From Macrostomum lignano (lineage: Eukaryota), in assembly GCA_002269645.1 (NCBI GenBank), contig NIVC01003303.1:41123-105122 (forward strand): a stretch of DNA of 64,000 nucleotides. The letters run 5' to 3'. The notes beneath the pieces are model-generated. The model was given only the letters and a program-made list of their open reading frames with translations, searched no databases and had not been told where the DNA came from. The translations under genes and the position numbers were made by a program. Each line of letters starts with the position of its first letter. The stretch's first letter is position 1. Positions 1 through 13,360 of this stretch are shown here, piece after piece.

Positions 1-935
1 ACTCCTGACCAATCAGAGCATAGCAGTTTGTTATCATACAACTCCTGACCAATCAGAGCATAGCAGTTTGTTATCATACAACTCCTGACCAATCAGAGCA
101 TAGCAGTTTGTTATCATACAACTCCTGACCAATCAGAGCATAGCAGTTTGTTATCATACAACTCCTGACCAATCAGAGCATAGCAGTTTGTTATCATACA
201 ACTCCTGACCAATCAGAGCATAGCAGTTTGTTATCATACAACTCCTGACCAATCAGAGCATAGCAGTTTGTTATCATACAACTCCTGACCAATCAGAGCA
301 TAGCAGTTTATTATCATACAACTCCTGACCAATCAGAGCATAGCAGTTTGTTATCATACAACTCCTGACCAATTAGAGAATAGCAGTTTGTTATCATACA
401 ACTCCTGACCAATCAGAGCATAGCAGTTTGTTATCATACAACTCCTGACCAATCAGAGCATAGCAGTTTGTTATCATACAACTCCTGACCAATCAGAGCA
501 TAGCAGTTTGTTATCATACAACTCCTGACCAATCAGAGCATAGCAGTTTGTTATCATACAACTCCTGACCAATCAGAGCATAGCAGTTTGTTATCATACA
601 ACTCCTGACCAATCAGAGCATAGCAGTTTGTTATCATACAACTCCTGACCAATCAGAGCATAGCAGTTTGTTATCATACAACTCCTGGCCAATCAGAGAA
701 TAGCAGTTTGTTATCATACAACTCCTGGCCAATCAGAGAATAGCAGTTTGTTATCATACAACTCCTGACCAATCAGAGAATAGCAGTTTGTTATCATACA
801 ACTCCTGACCAATCAGAGCATAGCAGTTTGTTATCATACAGCTCCTGACCAATCAGAGCATAGCAGTTTGTTATCATACAACTCCTGACCAATCAGAGCA
901 TAGCAGAGTAATCTAACTCCTGACCAATCAGAGCA
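1..935. repeat. 40-bp tandem minisatellite (ACTCCTGACCAATCAGAGCATAGCAGTTTGTTATCATACA), about 23 copies, immediately 3' of MKK4
   Basis: Exact 40-bp periodicity from base 1 to ~905, decaying to ~935; runs off the window edge. Confidence 0.98.
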
Positions 936-999
936 CAGCAAGCCTATTACTATTAAAACACACTGAGCAAAGACAAACTCATACAAGCATCATACAGAG

Positions 1000-3900
1000 C
1001 TAAAAGTGCACAGCAGCCAGAAGTTCATTCAGTCGAGCCTCATCGGGCGATCGATCCAGCACGCTGCAGAAGTAGGCAGCAATGTCCACGGAGTCCTGGG
1101 CGCACTGTTCTAGAAACGGCTGCTGCAGTAACTGCCGATATTTTGGTCGCTTTTTAACGTCTTTGCTCAGGCAGAGGTTGACAAAATTGCGAGCCTCCTC
1201 TGAGAAGCGAGCGTCCGTTAGACGGGGAGGCTCGCTTTTAACAACCTGCGGATGGGTTCAGGCCGGTTCTTTGCACTGTACAGGTGGCCTGAGAGTGATT
1301 CTTTGTACTGTACAGGTATATTGAGGGTGATTCTCTGTTCTATACAGGTGGGCTGAGGGGCTGATGCCTTGTACTGTACAGGTGGGTTGAGTGGCTGATT
1401 CTTTGTACTGTACAGGTGGGTTGAGGGCGATTCTTTGTACTGTACAGGTGGGTTGAGTGGCTGATTCTCTGTACTGTACAGGTGGGTTGAGGGGCTGATT
1501 CTCTGTACTGTACAGGTGGGTTAAGGGGCTGATCTTTGTACCGTACAGGTGGGTTGAGGGGCTGATTCTCTGTACTGTACAGGTGGGTTGAGGGGCTGAT
1601 CTTTGTACCGTACAGGTGGGTTGAGGGGCTGATCTTTGTACTGTACAGGTGGGTTGAGGGCGATTCTTTGTACTGTACAGGTGGGTTGAGTGGCTGATTC
1701 TCTGTACTGTACAGGTGGGTTGAGGGGCTGATTCTCTGTACTGTACAGGTGGGTTAAGGGGCTGATCTTTGTACCGTACAGGTGGGTTGAGGGGCTGATT
1801 CTCTGTACTGTACAGGTGGGTTGAGGGGCTGATCTTTGTACCGTACAGGTGGGTTGAGGGGCTGATCTTTGTACCGTACAGGTGGGTTGATATTTTAATA
1901 ATAAACTTCTATTATATTCAGCAATTCCCAAACGAACTCTCTCACCTGCTCCAGCTGCTCAAACATGGTGCCCCACTGTTTGTAGGGAAACCGGCCGGTA
2001 CACAGTTCGTACAACGAGATGCCCAGCGACCAGACGTCGCTACGAACGTCGTAGCCTTCGCCGACGCGTTGATAGTCGATTCGTTCCGGCGCCATGTAGG
2101 GCCGGCAGCCGGCGTCCCGGGTCTTGGCGATGCTGTCCACCAGCTTGCCGGCGATGCCGAAGTCGCACAGCTTCACCCGGCCCGACCGGTCCGCCAGGAT
2201 GTTGCTGGGCTTCACGTCTCTGAGGGGGTGGGTGGTGAAGTCGGGATGGCCACTTGAAGTACCCGCGTCTGGATAGGGATCGGGTATTCGATGGGGAGTT
2301 ATGGGGTCGGGAATCAATGAGATCAGGGATTGCTATGGGATCGAAGATCAAAATGGGATCAGGGATTTTAATGGGATCAGGTATTACAATGAGATTGAGG
2401 ATTAGAATGGGATGGTGGATTACAATAGAATCAATGATTACAACGGGATCGGGGAATACAATGGGATCAAGGATTACAATTGGATCAGGGATTACAATGA
2501 GATCAGGGATTACAATTGGATCAGGGATTACAATGAAATCAGGGATTGCAATGGGATCAGGGATTACAATGGGATCAGGGATTACAATGGGATCAGGGAT
2601 TACAATGGGATCAGGGATTACAATGGGATCAGGGATTACAATGGGATCGGGGATTACAATGGGATCAGGGATTGCAATGGGATCAGGGATTACAATGATC
2701 AGGGATTACAATGGGATCAGGGATTTCAATGGGATCAGGGATTACAATGGGATCAGGGATTGCCATACCGGTAGCATCGGGACCGCACTAGGATCAGAAA
2801 AGAGACTGGAAATTCCGATTTCCAGTTGCATAAAAAAGACCCCATTCTTCAACACGCCCTCTCACCTGTGCATCATGCCCAATTTCTCCTTGAGATAATT
2901 CAACGCTTTGACAGTTGCTAAGGAAACCTGGGCAATTACCACCTCGGGTATGACTTCGTTGAGATGATGATAGACAACCCGGTAGAATTTGTCTAGACTG
3001 GTGTCCATCAGCTCCATGCAGATCCAACAGTCGCCCTCTTTGAATAATGCGCCATAGGACCTGGCCAAGCAAACGGTTTAGGGTTCGATGTTCGTTTTGT
3101 ACACTTACAAGCGCTTTCCTAATCTGGCTCCACTTTTACTTCGCAATCTCACTCAGTCACTCCCAATCTCACCAGTCACTCCCAATCTCACCAGTCACTC
3201 CCAATCTCACCAGTCACTCCCAATCTCACCAGTCACTCCCAATCGCAGTCAGTCACTCGAAATCTCACTCAGTCACTCCCAATCTCACTCAGTCACTATA
3301 AATCTCACTCAGTCACTCCCAATCTCACTCAGTCACTATAAATCTCACTCAGTCACTATAAATCTCACTCAGTCACTCCCAATCTCACTCAGTCACTCCC
3401 AATCTCACTCAGTCACTCCCAATCTCACTCAGTCACTCCCAATCTCACTCAGTCACTCCCAATCTCACTCAGTCACTCCCAATCTCACTCAGTCACTCCC
3501 AATCTCATTCAGTCACTCCCAATCTCACTCAGTCACTCCCAATCTCACCAGTCACTCCAAATCTCACTCAGTCACTGAATCTCAGTCACTCCAAATCTCC
3601 CTCAGTCACTCCCAATCTCACCCAGTCACTCCAAATCTCACTCAGTCACTCTAATCTCACTCAGTCACTCTAATCTCACTCAGTCACTCCCAATCTCACT
3701 CAGTCACTCCCAATCGCAGTCAGTCACTCTAATCTCACTCAGTCACTCCCAATCTCACTCAGTCACTCCCAATCTCACTCAGTCACTCCCAATCTCACTC
3801 AGTCACTCCCAATCTCAGTCAGTCACTCTCAAGCTCACTCAGTCACTCCCAATCTCAGTCAGTCACTCCCAATCTCACTCAGTCACGCCCAGTCGCAGTC

Positions 3901-4468
3901 AGTCACTCGAAATCTCACGTCAGTTACTCCCAATCGCACTCAGTCACTCCCAATCTCACTCAGTCACTCCCAATCTCACTCAGTCACTCCCAATCTCAGT
4001 CAGTCACTCCTAAGCTCACTCAGTCACTCCAAATCTCACTCAGTCACTCCCAAACTCACTCAGTCACTCCCAAACTCACCTAGCAATAAACGGACACTCG
4101 CAATTGACCACAACATTCAGTTCCAGCAGCATATTCTTCTGCTGGCGCTGATCGACAGTAGATCGAATTCGTTTCACAGCCAGCACTGATCCTGTGGGCT
4201 TGAACCGCATCCTATTCACTGAGCCAAATGCTCCCCGACCGATCTCTCCCAGATCTTCCAGATCGTCAACGCTGAACTGTCGTTCCGGTTGATCTGGCAG
4301 CTTCAATTGGCCAACAGGCGGCAGACCGGGCAAGCCTGGCTGCGTCTGCAGCTGGCCAATAGGAGAGGCCGACTGAGGCGCAGCTCGATTCTGATTGGAC
4401 GCCGTCAGTGGAAGCACAAATCGAGGCCGAGAAGTGCCTCCGCTACCAATTCTGTTATTGTCTGACAT
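1000..4468 (-). CDS. MAP2K4: Dual-specificity MAP kinase kinase 4 (MKK4/SEK1), 367 aa; complement(join(4080..4468,2866..3060,1946..2219,1000..1245))
   Basis: All junctions are GT-AG and phase-compatible (389+195+274+246=1104 nt, TAG at 1000-1002). Motifs GRGAFGSV, AVKRI, HRDVKPSN, DFGIAGKLVDSIAKTRDAGCRPYMAPERID (MKK4-type activation loop), DVWSLG; N-terminal docking-like RPRFVLPL. The last exon (VVKSEPPRL...) was read manually and is missing from the ORF track. Confidence 0.95.
1290..1890. repeat. 33-34-bp minisatellite (CTGTACTGTACAGGTGGGTTGAGGGGCTGATTCT) filling MKK4 intron 3
   Basis: Direct periodicity; explains ORF 1521..1931. Confidence 0.95.
2300..2760. repeat. 18-bp minisatellite (GGGATCAGGGATTACAAT) filling MKK4 intron 2
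   Basis: Direct periodicity; explains the GSGITM and GIRDYN ORFs. Confidence 0.95.
3145..4079. repeat. 20-bp minisatellite (CAGTCACTCCCAATCTCACT) filling MKK4 intron 1
   Basis: Direct periodicity; the array abuts the 5' splice site at 4079. Confidence 0.95.
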
Positions 4469-6001
4469 TTGATTTCTTTATTTGATGTTTAATTATGTTT
4501 ACAATCAATTGTATTTTTTTAACAGGAAATCACAATAGCTCTCGAAGAAGTGGCTCATATGGCCATGTTGTTTAACTGAATAAACATGAATTCAATTAAA
4601 GATTAAAATAGACAAACAATTTAGAATTTTTACATTCTTTTTATTTATAACAATCGAATGTTGTACATAAATATGGTAATGGTATCAGAATATTAGAACT
4701 ATTAAGTGTAGAATAGGCCTATAGAATAATTAATATTTAAAATTAACCACAAAATTATCTATAGCCTATACTAAGTCTATATTGGTGCATTCTACTAATT
4801 TCAAGAAGGTTATGGATACCTTTTGGCAACATTGTTCAACTACATCAGTTCTAAGGCAGTTATGCCTATCATGTTGACTCCTGAGATATACATGCAATTG
4901 TATAGATAATTTAATTAAGTATGCCTTTACACATATCATTAGTATATTTATACTCAGTGCTCACATAAAATTAAAAAAATATAAGCACTAAATAGTTAAA
5001 AACAAAGAGAGACTTAAATGGCATGCAAATCAATAAAATAATAGCAATGTCTTACTTTCCTGCAATAAATTCTTTTGAAACCAAATTTTAACAAACTTAA
5101 CAAGTTAAAGACAAATTGAACAAAAGTAAACAAAGTTAACATATATTAGTTTATTAAAACAAGTCTATTAAAGTATAATTGAGCTAAATGCAAGTCTTTA
5201 TAATATATACAACTCTTAAAAATAGCATTATGTGGCATTGTAATGGGTTATCTAATAGAGGAAACTTTTAAAGCAAGTCTTTAGATAGTCAATGCCAGAG
5301 GAACTTGCTTAATTGGGGTCAAAAAGGTCATCACCAGTTTTATTTTAACTATAGAACTTTGCCTTTACATGCAAAGTTCAAAACTTGCCAACATTTTCAA
5401 GATTTGCATAAATTTCAATTATACTTCTAATAAACTTGATAAAGTTTTTTGTTAAAAAAATATAGAATTTCTAGCTATAGTTATGTCACTATTATAGAAA
5501 GTATAATAGTGATAATTATAATTGTAATTGCAATTCCATTATAATTGCCAGGTAAAATTAAGGTTGCATAGGAGCCCAACAACTAGCTTTTACAACCAAT
5601 GCCTTTTTCTTCTAAATACTAGTTTCATGAAAAAATTAATTATAATGCATATACAAGGTTATGTGCTGGTGCTCTGTCTACTCTCTATAAAAAATCCCAC
5701 CACTAAGTCACCAAGCTGTGCTAGTTCTCTTCCCTGTACACTGAGAATCCCACCGGTTAGCCACCAGCTGTTGTAGGGCTATTTTTTTATTCCTATTATT
5801 GACTGTTCTAAAGCTGCCACAAAGTTGTTACAGGGGTTATTCCTTCTTGTTAATATTGCTGGTTATTACTTGCCTTTTACTAGTAGCGTATGTACTTCTA
5901 TTGGTAGCGTATGTACTTCTATTGTACTTTTTTGGCCTGAGCAGTCTTTAGGCACTGTCTATTCTATTTCTATACTCTAAAGATATTATTCTCAGTCCTG
6001 G

Positions 6002-6345
6002 GCGTTCCCAGGATCAGAGGGTCACAGCGCACTTCGCTGGGTATTCTGCCCTGAGGCGGGTTTCTCAGACTCTAAGCCTGGATTTCTCTACCCTGTGGTA
6101 GGAATTCTGCCTTCTAAAGGTGGGTTACTAGACTCCTAAGTCTAGGATTTCTCGTTCTCTAAGAACGGACTGAACTCCCAATCTTGGGGTGACTCTTATG
6201 TCACTATCCACTACTCGAAATAAGTAACACAAGTGATCACAAGTCCAAGGCTGATTTAAAGCTTGATCAATGTTCGAAACAATGGTACAAGAAAAGGTTC
6301 ACAAGGTTATTTATTTTTGCTCCCAGCTGACTCCTATTTATAGTA
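6002..6345 (-). mobile_element. Possible LTR remnant
   Basis: GC- and CpG-richer island in AT-rich DNA; the minus strand has CTATAAATA followed by AATAAA, as in a U3/R segment. No partner LTR or TSD seen. Confidence 0.25.
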
Positions 6346-8424
6346 AAATTTTACTAGTATTTAAAACAAAGTATTAATACATAGAATATTCAGAATATTT
6401 TGCACATAAGAAATATTTTTAATATTCGCATGGTATAACAACAGTAGTATGTTTTTGAAATGCAACTTTTTCTAAGAAATCGTTATAAAAACTGGAGGCC
6501 TATTATAGTTAGAACCTATAGTATTGATGTAGTACACTTTGTAATTTATATACTTGTATTCCTATATTTTATGAAATATCAGTCTATTCTTTCTTAGAAA
6601 TTTGCACATTTTAAAATTCCACCAAGTTTTTGTTTAAATATTGTGTCATTGAAAAATATTCTATTATTTTATTTATATAAAATTTGTTTAAAATTGTTCC
6701 AAAATGCAGGATGAATAGAATGTGAAAAAGGCAGAAGGAATCAACCATTTATGAAATCATATTTTGTTCTTATGTTCAATACTATGGTTCTTCTATTTTG
6801 CAAAGTATTCAAGCTAAATTGCCTTGACAGATTTGAATTGGCTTATTAATTTCTATAGGACTATAAGACCCAAGCATTGGGAGAATTTGAAACCATTTAG
6901 AAATGAGATAAATCTCAATAGTCTGAGGTAAATTTCTATAAAGAAGTAAAATTGCCTTAGAATAATATAAATGCTTAGAATCTATAACACTCTGATCCCA
7001 AAAATGCCTAGGACTGAGAGAAATCCCTTTATAGGAATAACTGAAATATAGGAATAGGGTAGACAGTGCCAATAACTTCTCAGGCCAAGAAATAATATAG
7101 TAAAAAGTATATATGCTACCAGTGGGTATATTCATGTACTACTAGTAATATCTATCATTAGTAAGAGTATATAAGTAGTAAGAACATTAAAAACCATTGA
7201 AACAGCTTAGTGGCAGTAGAGGCCAAATGAGCAAAGATTTTTGGTCAAGCCAAGTATCAAGTCAAGACTTGGTGCTTATATCAAGTAGGCCAGTTGAGAA
7301 ATGTTGAGTGAGTAATCTGCACATTTTATATAGCACTTTCTATAGCCAAACTGTCAGTGTCATTTTATACAAAGATTTATATGAATATATTCTATCATAA
7401 ACAATTAATATTTTGTTTTTAATACTTTATTTATTATTAAAAATAAAAAATTTACTAATTAATGTTTGTTTATATTGGTCATTCCATGAGAGACTTGAAG
7501 ACAATTTCAGGACATTTTATGCAATGTCAGATCAAAAGGTAGAAGAGTATATAAGGACTTAATTATGAACTTATAAAGAAATGATAAATGAGTTAAAAGT
7601 ACAATTATTAAAAATAAATTTAACAATTAATTATATGAAACAAGGGCTGCAGAGCTGAGTTGTCCAGCTGACTGCCAAAATATGACATCCATATCTCCAG
7701 GAGTGTCTTGCCATAGTTGCAGCTTGTTAGCCGGCCAAATTCTTGTATAAGGATTTGAAGAAAGAAGGTGATAATATTTCTAGTTAGTGTTCTATTCAGA
7801 TATTTTTTGTATAAAAATACAAAGATTGGGCGCAACAATAAAACTGATACAACTATTAAAAAAAGGGAAATGCCATGCTGATATTTCTTTCTTAAAAGGC
7901 ATATTTACCCTATATTATCTATATACAGACCCATTAAAAATATCCAACTTCTTGAATTAACCAAAGTAAAATTTCTTGACTTAAAATTGAAGTCAATTTA
8001 AAAAACTCAAAATCAAATTGAAGTAAAATTGAAAAAATAGCCAATCACTTGACATGTCAAGTACTCAGTAGAGTACTCATTTGGCCTCTGCCCTCTAGGT
8101 GGCAGCAATATTAATAAATCATAATTGAGAAAATAACCCTACTACAACTTTGGTAACAGCTTTAAGGGTTATTATACAGATAGAAGAAAACTTCTATTAT
8201 AACGTCGGTAGCATTAGTGAAATTTTAATAAGTCAAGCAAAGTCATATTACAATTGGTATTAGCAGATCAATTTTGGATGGAAAAAGTTAGCCCTGCGGC
8301 CTGCCCTTAGGATAGGCCTAAGTATATATAGTTTATTTTTTAAAATCTTCATTGTTACCTTTATAATACTAATAGAATAGCAATATAGATTGCTAGTATA
8401 AGCTAATTTTCTTTGATTATATAT

Positions 8425-11400
8425 TGTTAGGCCTGGTGCGTGGGGTTGGGGTGCGCTTTTACTCCGTGTATTGTTTGTGTTCTTAACTCTGTGCGTGTAC
8501 TCATGGTCCGTGGCTCTCGCTCTTTGCACATCTCTGCTCTATCGTGATTTTAATGTACATTGTTGGTGTTTTAGCCCTGGGGTGGGGGTGGCTACTATTG
8601 AACCTTGCTTGTGATAAATCGTATTGTTGGTTGTCGGTGCACTTGGCACGTTCGTCTTGTCTCGCATACTCTCAGCTCATGACTTGTTCATTTCAACATT
8701 TTGGCGTAACGAGCAGGATCTACAGATGTCTATAAAGCTACGAGACCCACTGCCTCTAAACAACATTGAAGAGTTGCGGGTGTGGATCGAGGTCTTTGAT
8801 GCCCAGGCGCGATCAAAAGGAGTGAAGGACACTGATCGCACTGATGACATAGTCGGCAATCTGGCGTTGACCAATGCCTTCCTTGGCTGCCTTGGCATGG
8901 CACAGCTCATCAAAGTGAAGCAGCTGGTCGCGCCCAAACCGCTCTCGCAGATGAAGTGGGCGGAAATCAAGGAGTGCCTTGTGCGGTTTCTGGAGCCCAA
9001 GAAGAGGCTGCTGATTGCCGAGAGAGCGGCTTTCATGTCCATGCGCCAAGGAGACGGCGAGACGGTTGCCGGCTTCGCTGCCCGACTTCAAGAGCAGGCG
9101 GTAGTGTGCAAATTCGAGAAGCTGAAGGGCGAGAATGTTGATCCAGCTGAGCAGCTGATCAAAATGCGCCTCATCGCCGGTCTTAGCAACCAGGAGGTCC
9201 GGAGCAAGGTTCTCGAGTGCGAAGTCTCCGCAGAGCTCTCGGTGAGCCAGATCACCGAGTACATGCAGCAACTTCAGATGGTGAGCAAATTTTCGTTCGG
9301 GCCACTGACTGCCTCCGGCCAAGCTGAAAGAGACTTGGCGGTGCATCAGGCATTGCCCGCTAGCCAGGAGGTGCCAGAAGAGGATTCTGCTGGTGCCAAC
9401 AGCATCAACGCGGCTGAGATGGTGAGGCCCAGAGCCGGTGGAGGCCAAAGCTGCCAGTGTTGCGGCCAGGCGCAACATCACAGACCGACAGACTGCCGGG
9501 CCCTGAAGGTCACCTGTCACAAGTGCGGGAAGACTGGCCACTTCGCGAAGGTCTGCCGGAGTGCCAGGACCCACTTTGTCGCACCCAACGAATCCAAGCA
9601 CTCTGACTCTGTAACCAGAGACGAGCCGGTTTTCTACTGCAGTGCGGGCACCCCTGCTGCATTCTGCGATGTGAAAATCAACAGAAGGCAGGTCAAAATG
9701 GAAAAGGACAGTGGCGCCTCGTGCTCACTAATCTCGAGAAAGATCTGGGAAGAACTTGGCAGGCCGCCACTGAAGTCGCCCAAGTCTTGGATGCTGGCCT
9801 ACGACGGGCACGTGATGAAGCAGCTCAGCATCCTGGAGTGCCTGGTGGAGACTGGCGGCCCTGATGGCTGCTTTGCTCCGGCGGAGCTGCCCGTCATCGA
9901 ATGCGAGCAGAAGTTCGGTTTGCTCGGCTGGGATCTGCTCAGCTCGCTGCCAGCTCACCACTCAGATGAGGCCAAGCCGCCCAGCAACAACAGGTACGAG
10001 AGCTTGTTGGGCATCAAGGGAGCAGTTGGCGAGATCTTGTTGAAGGCGGGAGCCAGGCCAATTTTCCAACCAGCCAGAGAGCTGCCGCTGGCGCTGCGTC
10101 CACTGGTGAAGAAGGAGCTGGACCTGATGGAGAAGGCGGGCATAGTTGAGAAGGTGACTTCCTCAGAGTGGGGCAGCCCCATTGTGGTGACGGTGAAATC
10201 CGACAAGATGTCTGTGAGGATCTGCGGAGACTACACTGCTGTCAATCAGTGGGTGCAGGACCAGACGTACTTGACTCCGTCCATCAAGACAGCCTTCTCA
10301 AAGATGGCAAACAAGAAGTTGTTCTGCTGACTGGACTTATCTGACGCTTATTATCAGGTTCCACTGGAAAATGAGTCAAAAGACATCACCACAATCAATA
10401 CCCCTTTCAGCTGCTACCGCTTTAACAGGCTGCCGTATGGCATCAAGGTTTCTCCGTCTGTGTTCCAGCGCGAGATGGAGAAGCTGCTGGGTGAGCACCC
10501 AAGTGTCATCGTGTACCAGGATGATGTGCTTATGGGAGCGGTGTCAAAGGCAGAGCTGCAGAATATCAGAGAGAAGGTGCTAGACAAGCTGAGGGTGGCT
10601 AATGTGAAAATCAACAAAGCGAAGTGCATTTTGGAGGCCAGAAGCCTAAAGTTCCTGGGCCACATCATCGATGAAGAGGGGATCAAGCCAGATCTGGGAA
10701 TGGTGCAGAAGATTCAGGATGTGGAGGCTCCGAAAAGCAAGAAGGATCTCGAGCGGTTTCTGGGCTTGACGCAGTTTTATGGTCGGTTGGTTCCCAACTT
10801 TGCTGAGAAGTGTTGGTCTCTGCAGGAACTTCGTCGAGCGGACTGTGTTTGACTGGAGTGCGGCTGCTGAGGCAGCGTTCACCAATGTGAAGCAGAGCCT
10901 GAGCTCGAATCCGTGTGTGAAACCATTTGCTGTCAACTCGCCGGTGTGTCTGCGGGTGGATGCTAGCGAGCAGTCTCTGGGCGCTGTGCTGGTGCAGTCA
11001 GGGCACCCAGTCATGTACCTCACTCGGGCGCTGACCAAGTCTGAGGCCAACTACTCCAACATTGAGCAGGAGGCTCTGGCCATTGTCTGGGCGGTGGAGC
11101 GAGCCTGCAAGATGCTCCTGGGGAAGAGGTTCACGCTCCAGACTGACCACGAGCCACTGAAGTACATCTTCAATCCCAGCAAGAACCTTCCTAAAACAGT
11201 GTCGGCAAGACTAACTCGCTGGGCCCTGCGACTATCTGCTTTTGACTACGAGGTTGAGTATGTGCCAGGAAGACTGATGGTGGATGCGGATGCCTTGTCT
11301 CGTTTGAGTTTTGCTGCCCAAGACCCTCCAAGTGACGCCATGCACCAGTTGGAGCATGAAGAGGTCGTGTCAAAAGGAGCTCTTGTGACTCTGCAGGATC

Positions 11401-12929
11401 TTCGTGGGGGAACCAGGATGTGCGCGTTGATGAAGCGGCTGCAGCAAAGGATCAGAACAGGCCGGTGGGGCCAGGTGTCGCAGGTGGAGAGGCCGTACAA
11501 AGCGTGCCGGGAGGCGCTGTCGGTGGAAGACGGTCTGGTGATCCACGGAACCAGAATTGTGCCCCCACCTGTTCTCCGCAGGCGCATTCTGGAGGTGGCG
11601 CACGACGAGGTGCATCTGAGCGCCGACAACACCAAGGCGCACATCTCCAAGGAGTTCTGGTGGCCGGGTCTCGATCGCAATGTTCGCAGCTTTGTGGAGC
11701 GCTGCCAGCAGTGTTCAGAAACTCGGCCAGTCCTGCAGCGAAGAATCGACACCTGGCCAGCCGAGAGTGAGCCGTGGTCCCGGGTTCAATTGGACCATTG
11801 TGAGATTTCTGGTGTCGGCCTGCTACTGCTGCTGTCGGACTCCTACTCCGGGTGGCCTGAGGCGATTCAGGTGCCAGACCGAACTGCGGACAGTGTCCTG
11901 CGAGTTCTGAGAGCGGTATTTGTCAGGAATGGAGTGCCTCGGACGCTGGTGTCGGACAATGCGCCAGAGTTCAAGTCGGAGAAAGTGTCCCAGTGGCTGC
12001 GCAGCATCGGGTGCCAGGAGCTGCACACTCCACCGTACCATCCGGCCTCGAACGGTCAGGCAGAAAGGCTGGTGAGGATCATCAAGGATGGACTCAAGGC
12101 GTGGACGAAGATAGTGCCGTTCGACCACTTCCTGCAGAAACTGCTGCTGACGATCAGGACCAGCCAGCCCAGTGGAAATAGAGCGGCTTCTCCAGACATT
12201 CTGATGTGGGGTCGTCGCCTTCGCCACCCGCTAACCATGACTGAGCAGGTGGGCGATCCAATCTGGCTGAGGATGCGTCCAGGATTTTCGCCGGTTCCGG
12301 CCAAGTTCGTGGTGCAGCACGGCCAGAACACGGCGCTGGTAGCCCCTGCGGACCAATTGGACGGCGGCCTGCGGCTGGCGCACTCGAATCAGTGGACTGG
12401 CCAGCCGAGGCGCCTGGGTCGCCTGAGGGGGCTGAACCTGAGGCGGAGTTGCCGGAGCAGCTTCCTAGCGCCATGGTTGAGCACCTTCCTGATCCGGAAC
12501 CAACGGAGGCGCCAATGAACTGGCCAGCGAGAGCCGTACGAGCTTTGGCCTCGCCAGCCTGTCTGCTATAAAGTCTAGTGACTCTTTGTGACTGTACTTG
12601 ACTCTTTGATTTTGTTCTTGTGGTTTCAGTCTTTGTTTGCTTTGGCGGGGGGCAGTGTTGGGCCTGGTGTGTGGGGTTGGGGTGCGCTTTTATTCCGTGT
12701 ATTGTTTGTGTTCTTAACTCTGTACGTGTACTCATGGTCCGTGGCTCCCGCTCTTTGCACGTCTCTTCTCTATCATGATTTTAATGTACATTGTTGGTGT
12801 TTTAGCCCTGGGGTGGGGGTGGCTACTATTGAACCTCGCTTGTAATAAATCATATTGTTGGTTGTTGGTGCACTTGGCACGTTTGTCTTGTCTCGCATAT
12901 TCTCAGCTCATGACTTGTTCATTTCAACA
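8425..12929 (+). mobile_element. Full-length Ty3/Gypsy LTR retrotransposon, Mag-like, degenerate
   Basis: 274-bp TG...CA LTRs at 8425-8698 and 12656-12929; 5-bp TSD TATAT on both sides; PBS TGGCGTAACGAGCAGGA (tRNA-Ser-like) after the 5' LTR; purine tract GGCGGGGGGCAG before the 3' LTR; gag-PR-RT-RH-IN order. Confidence 0.95.
8726..12518 (+). pseudogene. Mag-like gag-pol, disrupted by a premature TGA (10328-10330) and a frameshift near 10840
   Basis: Two Cys/His knuckles (CQCCGQAQHHRPTDC, CHKCGKTGHFAKVC), protease KDSGAS, RT W GSPIV / LDLSDAYYQ / YQDD, RNase H DAS...YSNIEQE...TDHEPL, integrase HHCC plus D(QLDH)-D(SDNAPEF)-E(NGQAER). Confidence 0.92.
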
Positions 12930-13360
12930 TATATTAAAATATTTTAGGCTTATTAACATTGCATTTTGATATGTATTTTTCTAAAAGATTAAATTTCTAT
13001 AATATTGCCTAGGCTTTTATTATAATTTATATTATATTAACTTACTGTCTATATAAACTAGCCAAGTTAAATAGGCTAATCCAGATAAAAATGAAAGGTC
13101 CTGAATATTAGGGCCTAGCCTATTAATATTATCTTTAAATTAAAACTAAATCAAGTCATAATATAATTTATATAATAATAGGCTAATTTAATTTAAAATA
13201 TAATGTTGTAGGCCTAGTTTTAATAGGCCGTTATAAAGAAAATAAATGTAAAACTGGCCCAATTTGCATAGGCTAAAGCATAATAGTTTTATAGATAGGC
13301 CCCTTTAAATTTTAAATTAAAAAATGTCCATTCAAATAAAATAAAGAGTAGGGCCTAGGC

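Noticed and set aside
1-935. CRISPR-like array or CCAAT-box enhancer array
   Set aside because: Units are contiguous with no unique spacers and no cas genes; the CCAAT in each unit has no supporting promoter context (3' of MKK4).
1290-1890. Repeat unit resembles an acceptor+donor (…CTGTACAG|GTGGG) recursive splice site
   Set aside because: It is on the strand antisense to MKK4; no evidence of a plus-strand transcript.
1521-3654. Repetitive ORFs (QPTCTVQ, GSGITM, GIRDYN, SHSQSH) as structural proteins
   Set aside because: They are translations of intronic minisatellites between verified MKK4 exons.
6809-7135. 108-aa ORF as a gene
   Set aside because: No recognisable domain or splice support; likely decayed repeat.
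8090-8107. CTCF-like motif GCCCTCTAGGTGGCAGCA
   Set aside because: A single occurrence can arise by chance or from a TE end; no supporting context.
8677-12735. Many antisense and alternate-frame ORFs
   Set aside because: Shadow frames of the GC-rich Gypsy pol; the same applies to those over the Bel/Pao, caveolin and lectin exons.
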